Source of the DNA: Gemmatimonadota bacterium
GTDB taxonomy: Bacteria; Gemmatimonadota; Gemmatimonadetes; Longimicrobiales; Gaopeijiaceae
Direction of reading: 5' to 3'
Length of the DNA stretch: 16,827 nt
Assembly: GCA_039589315.1 (NCBI GenBank)
Contig: JBDHHQ010000087.1
Coordinates: forward strand, 1 to 16,827
The translations under genes were made by a program, and so were the position numbers. The notes beneath the pieces are model-generated. The model was not told the origin of the DNA. It made no database searches and saw only the letters and a list, made by a program, of their open reading frames with translations. How positions within the stretch are numbered: position 1 is the first letter of the stretch; every line of letters starts with the position of its first letter. This document shows, piece by piece, positions 1-6,970 of the stretch.

Positions 1-174
1 GGCGTCGTCAAGGGCCCGGGGGTTCAGGGTTACGATGGCGTTGAGGACCCCGTTGTACCGGGTGACCCGGTCCAGGGCCGCCTCCACCACCTTCACGGCG
101 GACAGGGATCCGTTGCCGACGCGCTGCGCGACCTCGGTCGCGGTCAGGTCGGCCAGGTCTTCTCTGCCGATCAT
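1..174 (-). CDS. Amidase-signature (GatA/amidase family) enzyme, N-terminal 58 codons; continues beyond the left edge
   Basis: Not in the ORF track; translated by hand from ATG 174: MIGREDLADLTATEVAQRVGNGSLSAVKVVEAALDRVTRYNGVLNAIVTLNPRALDDA. This matches the typical amidase N-terminus (L..lta.e....v..g.ls..evv.a.l.Ri...n..lNA.vt). SD-like GGGTGA lies 7 nt upstream. The catalytic Ser-Ser-Lys region is outside the window. Confidence 0.8.
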   Translation of the reverse strand, partial: MIGREDLADLTATEVAQRVGNGSLSAVKVVEAALDRVTRYNGVLNAIVTLNPRALDDA

Positions 175-323
175 GCGCCAGTCACCCGGTCGAGCGTTCG
201 CGGGTCCGTCCCGCGCCCGGCGCGCCATGGGCTCATGCCCCACTCTCCCGGCACGCCCTCTGGGGGGGTGCGGAGGGCCCCCGGCGTCGGCCGGCCCTGC
301 GACCGACGCGGTCCTCGCCTCAC
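171..323 (-). other. Putative 50-aa bridging ORF between cyclase and amidase
   Basis: GTG 323-321 overlaps the cyclase TGA (322-320) and is preceded by GGGAG. The frame is open (VRRGPRRSQG...DRVTGA) and its TGA 173-171 overlaps the amidase ATG. No recognisable family. Confidence 0.35.
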
Positions 324-1117
324 TCGTCCCAGCTCCCCACGAAGGCAACCGTCCGGGCGAACGCCGCCTCGCCGCCTTTGAACTTCCACGGGAAGCAGCC
401 GATGGTCAGTCGTCGGTTCTGGAGCTCGGGCGCCGAGATCTCGCCTCCGATGTTCTCGATGTGGATGCAGTTGTGGGGGAACAGGGCGTTGTGGGTCAGC
501 TGGTAGTCCTCCTCGGGGAAGAGCCGGTCCACTTCCTCGGGGCCGCCGAAGACGGCCTCGGCCTTGGCGCGGACTCGGTCACAATGCCCGAACATGCCCT
601 TCCCCAGGAAGCGGCCGATGGGGAGGTTCATGGGGTGGTCGGTGGAGATGGCGTCCACGCCCCAGATCCGGATGTTCTTCTCGAGCAGCCACGGCACCAT
701 GTCGGGATGGGGACCCGGATGCATGTGCACGTACCGCTCCTCGTCGGCGTCCTCGCCGAACTGGGCGTAGCGGTGCCAGCCCGTGTGCAGGATGAGGATG
801 TCGCCGTCCCGCACCTCTACCTTCGACTCGATCATCTCGGGTGAGTACACGGCCAGGTCGTCCATCTCGGCGGTGAGGTCCACGATCACGCCGGTGTTGC
901 ACAGCCACTCGAGGGGGATCTCGTCGATGGTCATGCCGTTCGTCACGAAGTGGCGGGGGGCGTCGAGGTGCGTCCCCATGTGGTTCGATGTCTTGATGTA
1001 CTGGGCGTTCACGCCGTGCTCGACCTTGCGCTTGATGTAGTAGGTCTCGAAAGGCGGGTAGTAGGGCCAGAAGAAGACTTCCTGATTCAGGGGCTGGGAC
1101 AGGTCGTAGATCTTCAT
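320..1117 (-). CDS. Cyclase-family metal-dependent hydrolase (kynurenine formamidase/isatin hydrolase-like), 265 aa
   Basis: N-terminal YDLSQPL, signature HMGTHLDAPRH (HxGTHxDxPxH), ILILHTGW, WGVDAISTD and C-terminal H...IHIENI. GAGG SD upstream. Confidence 0.92.
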   Translation of the reverse strand: MKIYDLSQPLNQEVFFWPYYPPFETYYIKRKVEHGVNAQYIKTSNHMGTHLDAPRHFVTNGMTIDEIPLEWLCNTGVIVDLTAEMDDLAVYSPEMIESKVEVRDGDILILHTGWHRYAQFGEDADEERYVHMHPGPHPDMVPWLLEKNIRIWGVDAISTDHPMNLPIGRFLGKGMFGHCDRVRAKAEAVFGGPEEVDRLFPEEDYQLTHNALFPHNCIHIENIGGEISAPELQNRRLTIGCFPWKFKGGEAAFARTVAFVGSWDE

Positions 1118-1133
1118 GGAGAACGCCTCGGAG

Positions 1134-2651
1134 TCAGGCGACGGGCCTCGGCACGGGTCCGGAAGCCGGCGCGGTGGGTTTCATGAGGAAGTAGTAGACG
1201 ACGAAGGACACGAGGGCGGCACTGAACCACGCTCCGTTGAAGAGAAACGCCAGGCTGGGGTGCAGCAGGCCGACGACCGCCGCGGCGATGCCGGCGACGA
1301 GGGCGATCATCCCCTTGCGATTCACCCCGCCGTCGTACGCGTAGGGGCCGTGCGTGTCATAGAGGCCCCGGAGATCCAGCACGCCTCGCCGCACGAGCAC
1401 GTAGTCGCACACGATCACACCCCCGACGGCACCCAGCAGCCCCGAGTATGTGATGAGCCACGTCTGGTACGCGTCCAGCAGCTTCCACGGGAAGATGAGG
1501 ATGCCGATGAGGCCCGCGATCAGCCCGCCCATGCGGAAGCTGATGCGGCGAGGCAGCAGGTTCGAGAAGCTGTTGGCGGGAGCCACGATGTTCGCGGCGA
1601 TGTTCGTGGAGAGCGTGGCGACGACGATCACGAACATGGCCAGGAAGCCCAGGATGGGCCGGCTCTCACCGGTGGTGAGCCGGGCCACCAGATCCACGGG
1701 ATTCCAGATGGCCTCCCCGAACAGGATCAGCGTCGCGCTGGTCACGGCGACGCCGATGAAGGAGAACAGCGGCATGGTCGTGAGGAGCCCGATGGCCTGG
1801 CCCAGCGCCTGGTCCTTCTGGCTCTTCGCGTACCGGGTGAAGTCGGGGATGTTGAGGGACAGCGTGGCCCAATAGCCGACCATGGCGGTGACCCAGGGGA
1901 CGAACAGCCCCATGACGAACGCGGACAGGGAGCGTTGCTCGGTCGACTGGATCAGGGCGTCCGACTCCTCGAGGATCCGCCCCACGCCACCGACGGCCGA
2001 GACCGCCCAGAAGAGGAGCGCCACGCCCATGACCACGAGGAACGGTGCGGCCAGCGTCTCGAGCCACCGGATGCTCTCGGTGCCCGCGTAGACGAAGTAG
2101 AGGTTGAACACCCAGAAGAGCAGGAAGCTGAGGTACTGGGAGAGGCCGTACCCCATGAACGTCCAGTCCCCTCCCAGGGTCTCCCACCCGGGCCAGAGGA
2201 TTCCGATCAGGACGTTGAACGCCAGGCCCCCGATCCACGTCTGGATCCCGAACCAGCCGCAGGCTACCACGGACCGGAGGAGCGAGGGCACGTGGGCGCC
2301 GACGGTCCCGAACGACGATCGCGCATAGACCGGGAAGGGGATGCCGTAGCGCGTGCCGGCGTGGGCGTTGATGATCAGGGGGATCAAGACGATGGCGTTG
2401 CCCACGAAGATGGCCAGCAGGCTCTGCCACCAGTTCATGCCCGCCTGGATCATGCTGGCGGCGAGCATGTACGTGGGGATGCACACGCTCATGCCCACCC
2501 ATAGGGCGGCGATGTTCCAGGTGCCCCAGGTGCGAGCCGCGACGGTCGTGGGCGCAAGGTCCTCGTTGACCAGGGGGCCAGGAGCGAGGGGCTCGGCGAG
2601 CTCGACCATGCGGCTGCTCGCGAGACCGATCGGCGCGCCTGCGGCGCTCAT
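1134..2651 (-). CDS. NCS1-family nucleobase:cation symporter (uracil/allantoin/hydantoin permease-like), about 505 aa
   Basis: Motifs NEDLAP, WVGM, YGIPFPV..RSSFG..G, CGWFGIQTW, WATLSLNIPDFTRY, TNIAAN; about 12 hydrophobic segments. Start placed at ATG 2651 (GGAGA SD upstream) rather than the ORF-track start at 2687. Confidence 0.92.
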   Translation of the reverse strand: MSAAGAPIGLASSRMVELAEPLAPGPLVNEDLAPTTVAARTWGTWNIAALWVGMSVCIPTYMLAASMIQAGMNWWQSLLAIFVGNAIVLIPLIINAHAGTRYGIPFPVYARSSFGTVGAHVPSLLRSVVACGWFGIQTWIGGLAFNVLIGILWPGWETLGGDWTFMGYGLSQYLSFLLFWVFNLYFVYAGTESIRWLETLAAPFLVVMGVALLFWAVSAVGGVGRILEESDALIQSTEQRSLSAFVMGLFVPWVTAMVGYWATLSLNIPDFTRYAKSQKDQALGQAIGLLTTMPLFSFIGVAVTSATLILFGEAIWNPVDLVARLTTGESRPILGFLAMFVIVVATLSTNIAANIVAPANSFSNLLPRRISFRMGGLIAGLIGILIFPWKLLDAYQTWLITYSGLLGAVGGVIVCDYVLVRRGVLDLRGLYDTHGPYAYDGGVNRKGMIALVAGIAAAVVGLLHPSLAFLFNGAWFSAALVSFVVYYFLMKPTAPASGPVPRPVA

Positions 2652-2779
2652 GACGTCTCCGCGGAAACGTGTTGTGGGGCGGCCCACGGGTCAGGCGAGC
2701 AGTCGTTGCTTCGTGGACCTCCCCCGTTCGGCGTGGGCCCTGGTCGCACGCGCCGGCCCTCCGCCGCCCGCTGGATCAT
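2648..2779 (-). other. Putative 43-aa bridging ORF between the FAD subunit and the NCS1 permease
   Basis: GGAGGA-N5-ATG at 2779 overlaps the FAD-subunit TGA. Hand translation: MIQRAAEGRRVRPGPTPNGGGPRSNDCSPDPWAAPQHVSAETS*. Its TGA 2650-2648 overlaps the NCS1 ATG. Confidence 0.4.
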
Positions 2780-3765
2780 GCCGGTCCTCCATCGGCCCGC
2801 TCGAACGCGACCGTCAGCGCTCGTCGGACGAGCACCGACGTGAGGTGGCGTCGGTAGTCGGCCGACGCGTGGATGTCGCTGGGCGGATCGATGTCAGCGG
2901 TGGCGGCCGCGTGTGCCGCCGCCCGGACGGCCTGGTGGCTGGGCGTTTGAGCGACCAGGGCGCGCGCCGCCGATTCCGCCAGAACCGGTCCGTCGCCCAC
3001 GCTGAGGAGCGCCACCCGGGCGGCGTCGCACGTACCGTCCACCAGGTGGACCCACGCAGCCACGCCCACGAGGGCGTAGTCACCGTGCCGGCGGGAGACC
3101 TCCATGAACGCCGTGCCGGCACCCGGCGGCTGCGACGGGAGCTGGATGCTCACGAGCACCTCGTCGGGCGCGAGCGCGGTCGCGAACAGGCCGGTGAAGA
3201 AGTCTCGAGCGGGTACGGTGCGGGCTCCTCCGCCCCCCCGTAGGTGGAGCGCGGCGTCCAGGGCCAGCATCACCGCGGGCAGCTCGGCGGCGGGGTCGGC
3301 GTGGGCCACGCTGCCGCCCACCGTGCCACGGTTCCGGATCTGCGGGTGGGCGATGTGCGGCATGGTCTCGTGCAGCAGCGGACACATGTCGCGGACCAGG
3401 TCGCTGCGCTCGGCGGCTCTCTGCCGGGTCATGGCGCCGATGGTCAGGTGCTTGTGACCCGTCCCGCTCGGCGCCCTGCCGGCCGTGTCCGCCGTCACGT
3501 CGGACCCGCCGGCCCCACCCGCCACTCGGCCCGGCCCGCCGACGTCACCCGGTGTTCCGGCGACTCCGCCCGCCTCGATGCCCGACAGCCCGACAAGACC
3601 GTTCAGATCCACGAGCACGGCCGGCTGCGCCAGCCGGAAGTTCATGGTGGGGATCAGGCTCTGCCCGCCGGCGAGGACCTTGGCGGCGTCGCCGTGCTCG
3701 GCCAGGAGGGCGAGCACCTCGTCCAGGGTGTCGGGGGCGTGGTACTCGAACGGGGCCGGTTTCAC
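2776..3765 (-). CDS. Molybdenum hydroxylase FAD-binding medium subunit (CoxM/CutM-like), about 329 aa
   Basis: Starts (M)KPAPFEYHAP at GTG 3765 with GGGAG upstream. FAD motifs LAGGQSLIP, IAHPQIRNRGTVGGSVAHADP, RRHGDYA and SDIHASADYR. Confidence 0.93.
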   Translation of the reverse strand: MKPAPFEYHAPDTLDEVLALLAEHGDAAKVLAGGQSLIPTMNFRLAQPAVLVDLNGLVGLSGIEAGGVAGTPGDVGGPGRVAGGAGGSDVTADTAGRAPSGTGHKHLTIGAMTRQRAAERSDLVRDMCPLLHETMPHIAHPQIRNRGTVGGSVAHADPAAELPAVMLALDAALHLRGGGGARTVPARDFFTGLFATALAPDEVLVSIQLPSQPPGAGTAFMEVSRRHGDYALVGVAAWVHLVDGTCDAARVALLSVGDGPVLAESAARALVAQTPSHQAVRAAAHAAATADIDPPSDIHASADYRRHLTSVLVRRALTVAFERADGGPA

Positions 3766-3926
3766 GGGGCCGGGCTCCCGCGAGCGCGCCCGCCGCCGTG
3801 CCCAGTCGGGGCCCGCGTTGCGGAAGCGCGCGCGCCGCCACACCCAGCTGCAGCCGGACCGATCTGCCCAGCGTCTGCCAAGGCGCCGTAAGCTGGGCGG
3901 CTTGTCGAATCGCGCCCGGGCCTCAC
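3762..3926 (-). other. Putative 54-aa bridging ORF between the large and medium subunits
   Basis: GTG 3926-3924 overlaps the large-subunit TGA, with GGGAG 8 nt upstream. The frame is open (VRPGRDSTSRPAYGAL...RGSPAP) and its TGA 3764-3762 overlaps the medium-subunit GTG. Confidence 0.35.
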
Positions 3927-6268
3927 TCCGCCGTCTCCCGCATCAGCTCCCACAGCCGGCCCGGGCTCAAGGGGATCTCGTGGATCTCGAAGGCGTGACC
4001 CAACGCGTCCTCCACGGCCTGGGCGAAGGCGGCCCCTGTGGGGATCGCGCCCGCCTCGCCCACGCCCTTCACGCCCAGCGGATTCCACGGCGACGTCGTG
4101 ACGCTGTGGTCCGTCTCCACCTTCGGCACGTCGGTGGCCGTGGGCAGCAGGTAGTCCATGAACGAAGCGTTCATGAGCTGGCCGTTGTCGTCATAGACGA
4201 GCTGCTCGTAGAACGCGTTGCCGATGCCGTGGGCGACCCCGCCCTGGATCTGCCCCTCGACGATCACCGGGTTGATCACGCGGCCGCAGTCGTGCACCAC
4301 CACGTAGCGCTGGATGTCCACCATGGCCGTCTCGGGGTCCACCTCCACGATCATGGCGTGGATCCCGTTGGCCGTGCTCCCTCGGTCCGGCCCGAAGTAC
4401 GCCGTGGACTCGAGCCCCGGCTCGGTGCCCGGGGTGACGGCCCCACGGAGGGGGTTGGCCCGCACCGCCAGGTCACCCAGGCCCAGCCCGCGGTCCGGAT
4501 CGCTGGATACGAACGCCCGGCCGCCTCCCAACGCCACCGCGTCGGGCGGCACCCCCAGCTCCCGCGCCGCCAGGTCCAGCACCTTGCCGCGCACCGACTT
4601 GGCGGCCTCGAGGCAGGCGCTGCCGGCCACCACGATGCCCCGGCTGGCGAACGTGCCCGTTCCCCAGTGGAACTCCCGGGTGTCGCCCGTGGTGACGTGC
4701 ACGTCCGCCACCTCGACACCCAGCTCTTCCGCCACCACCTGGGCAAACGAGGTGAAGTGGCCCTGCCCCTGGGTACCTACTCCGGTGGCCACACGCACCT
4801 TGCCGCTGGGCTCCACCGAGACCCGCGCGCCCTCGTAGGGCCCGATGCCCGTGCCCTCCACGTAGGCCACGATGCCCAGCCCCACGGAACGTCCCTCGCC
4901 ACGGGCGCGAGCCTGCTCCTCGGCCCAGTCGTCGTAGCCGATCATCTCCACGGCCCGGTCCATGGACGGCTGGTAGTTGCCGCTGTCGTAGTAGAGTGGC
5001 GCGGAGTCCTGGAAGATGATCTTGTGGTCGTGGGGGAACGCCTCCGGATCGATGAAGTTACGGCGGCGGATCTCCACGCGGTCGATCCCCAGCTCCCGGG
5101 CGGCGAAGTCCAGGAGCCGCTCCATCACGAAGACACCGTGCTGCCGGCCCGCGCCCCGAACCGGCGTCACGATGGTCTTGTTGGTGAAGACCACCTTGAA
5201 CTCGCTGTAGTAGGCCGGCACGTCGTAGGGGCCGAGCAGGGTGCACTGGCTGTTGATGGGCACGGTCAGCCCGTAGGGGTCGAAAGCCCCCGAGTCGTGA
5301 ACGAACACGTCCTTCACGCCCAGGATCCTGCCGTCCTGGTCCAGGGCCAGCTCGGCCTCGTGGACCTGCCCCCGTTCCTGGGTCGTCCCGACGAAGCTCT
5401 CCTGCCGGTCCTCGATCCACTTGAGAGGCCGCCCCAGGCGCATGGCCACCCACGGCAGGAGCACCTCCTCGGGATAGAACATCATGATCTTGGGCCCGAA
5501 CCCGCCGCCGATGAACGGGGCGATGACGCGGACCTGCGACTCGAGGAGGCCGAGCATGGCCGCGAGGCCGTTGCGGATGGGGATGGGGGCCTGCGTCGTG
5601 TCCCACAGCGTGAGCTCTTGGCTCATCTCATCCCAGCGGGCCACGATCCCCCGGTTCTCCATGGGGGCGGAGGCGCCCCGGTCGTACTCGAACCGGCGTC
5701 GGACCACCAGGTGGGCCTGCGCCCGGGCTTGATCGTAGCTGTCTTTCTCCTGGATCACGTGGGCGGCCAGGTTGGTGCCGAGCTCCTCGTGGATGATGGG
5801 CGCGTCAGGGTCCAGGGCCTTCTCGATGTCCACCACCGCGTCCAGCGGCTCCAGGTCCACCACGATGTCGGCCAGCGCGTCCTCGGCCACGTAGCGGCTC
5901 TCGGCCACGACCATGGCGATGGGCTCACCCACGTGCTTGACCTTGTCCTTGGCCAGTGGCACGTGTGTGGCGGTGTTGAACTCGAGGCGCTCGATGGTGG
6001 GCGGCGGCGCTACCAATAGCGGCCCGGGCTGCCAGTAGTCGCCCAGGTCCCAGGCGGTGTACGCGGCTACCACGCCTTCCCGCTCCAGGGCGACCGAGAC
6101 GTCCACCGAGTTGATGCGGGCGTGAGCGAAGTCGCTCCGGAGGAAGGCCACGTGAAGCATGCCGTCCAGGTGGACGTCGTCCACGAACAGGGCGCGGCCC
6201 GTGAGCAGGCGTGGGTCTTCCGAACGCTTGGGGCTGGTGCGGGGAGCCCCGCCACGGACCTCAGCCAT
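3923..6268 (-). CDS. Xanthine oxidase-family molybdopterin-binding large subunit (CoxL form II-like; not a form I CO dehydrogenase), 781 aa
   Basis: EDPRLLTG, PMENRG, IGGGFGPK, active-site loop PVRGAGR, QGQGH, GTGTFASR, GQIQGGVAHGIG, and KGVGEAG with the catalytic Glu. Confidence 0.95.
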   Translation of the reverse strand: MAEVRGGAPRTSPKRSEDPRLLTGRALFVDDVHLDGMLHVAFLRSDFAHARINSVDVSVALEREGVVAAYTAWDLGDYWQPGPLLVAPPPTIERLEFNTATHVPLAKDKVKHVGEPIAMVVAESRYVAEDALADIVVDLEPLDAVVDIEKALDPDAPIIHEELGTNLAAHVIQEKDSYDQARAQAHLVVRRRFEYDRGASAPMENRGIVARWDEMSQELTLWDTTQAPIPIRNGLAAMLGLLESQVRVIAPFIGGGFGPKIMMFYPEEVLLPWVAMRLGRPLKWIEDRQESFVGTTQERGQVHEAELALDQDGRILGVKDVFVHDSGAFDPYGLTVPINSQCTLLGPYDVPAYYSEFKVVFTNKTIVTPVRGAGRQHGVFVMERLLDFAARELGIDRVEIRRRNFIDPEAFPHDHKIIFQDSAPLYYDSGNYQPSMDRAVEMIGYDDWAEEQARARGEGRSVGLGIVAYVEGTGIGPYEGARVSVEPSGKVRVATGVGTQGQGHFTSFAQVVAEELGVEVADVHVTTGDTREFHWGTGTFASRGIVVAGSACLEAAKSVRGKVLDLAARELGVPPDAVALGGGRAFVSSDPDRGLGLGDLAVRANPLRGAVTPGTEPGLESTAYFGPDRGSTANGIHAMIVEVDPETAMVDIQRYVVVHDCGRVINPVIVEGQIQGGVAHGIGNAFYEQLVYDDNGQLMNASFMDYLLPTATDVPKVETDHSVTTSPWNPLGVKGVGEAGAIPTGAAFAQAVEDALGHAFEIHEIPLSPGRLWELMRETAE

Positions 6269-6860
6269 CGTCGTCTGGTCGCGGCCGGAGGATGGAGTCG
6301 TCAGTGCAACCCGAGCCCCCGGGCTCCCCTCCAGCAGACCGGGTGCCGCTCGTCGTAACGGCCGGCATACTGCGGTCGCCGACAGCGTCCTGACCCCGTT
6401 CCGCTGCCAGTAGCACCGCCCGAACGATGTTCTCGTATCCCGTGCAGCGGCAGAGGTTACCGGAAATGGCCTCCCGGACCTGCCGCTCGCTCGGATCCGA
6501 GTGCTCTTCCAGAAAGGGGATCAGCGTCATCAGGAAGCCCGGCGTACAGAAGCCGCACTGGAGCCCGTGGGCATCCTGGAACGCGGCCTGGAGAGGGTGC
6601 AGCTCGTCGCCCCGGGCCAATCCCTCGACCGTCATGATCTCGCGCCCCTGGGCCTGAACGGCGAACATCAAGCACGACCGGACCGAGGCACCGTCCAGGA
6701 GCACCGTGCACGCGCCACAGACACCATGCTCGCACCCCACGTGAGTACCGGTCAGGCGCAGCTCGTGCCGGAGGAAGTCGCTGAGGAGCAAGCGGGGCGC
6801 CACGGTGCGCTCATAGGTCGTGCCGTTGATCGAGACCCTGAGGGTCGGTTGGCGACTCAC
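6261..6860 (-). CDS. Molybdenum hydroxylase 2x[2Fe-2S] small subunit (CoxS-like), about 199 aa including a 44-aa low-complexity tail
   Basis: GCEHGVCGACTV, SC, QCGFCTPG and NLCRCTGY cluster ligands. Start placed at GTG 6860 because the longer ORF-track start overlaps the divergent gene; exact start uncertain. The stop overlaps the large-subunit start by 8 nt (ATGGCTGA). Confidence 0.92.
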   Translation of the reverse strand: MSRQPTLRVSINGTTYERTVAPRLLLSDFLRHELRLTGTHVGCEHGVCGACTVLLDGASVRSCLMFAVQAQGREIMTVEGLARGDELHPLQAAFQDAHGLQCGFCTPGFLMTLIPFLEEHSDPSERQVREAISGNLCRCTGYENIVRAVLLAAERGQDAVGDRSMPAVTTSGTRSAGGEPGGSGCTDDSILRPRPDDDG

Positions 6861-6970
6861 CCGCGGTTCCGTTGATAGGCGGTGGGCGGCCCCCCTCTGG
6901 ACGGCTCCGGTGGCCAGCGGCCGATCCGGCGGGGGACAGGAGGCACGACGGGACAAGCTGAGAATTGGCC

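Noticed and set aside
3485..6019. 844-aa plus-strand ORF (also 35..844, 1116..2504, 8934..10043, 10068..11186)
   Set aside because: Antisense shadows of well-supported genes. High GC3 codon usage suppresses stops on the opposite strand, and the translations have no family motifs.
2776..6860. Calling the S-L-M genes aerobic CO dehydrogenase (coxSLM) or xanthine dehydrogenase
   Set aside because: Lacks AYxCSFR and the M-S-L order of form I CODH, and lacks the GGGFGGKE glutamate of canonical XDH. No gene symbols assigned.
6861..6970. Purine/xanthine riboswitch ahead of the NCS2 permease
   Set aside because: No recognisable conserved aptamer core or terminator by eye; it cannot be supported without a covariance-model search.
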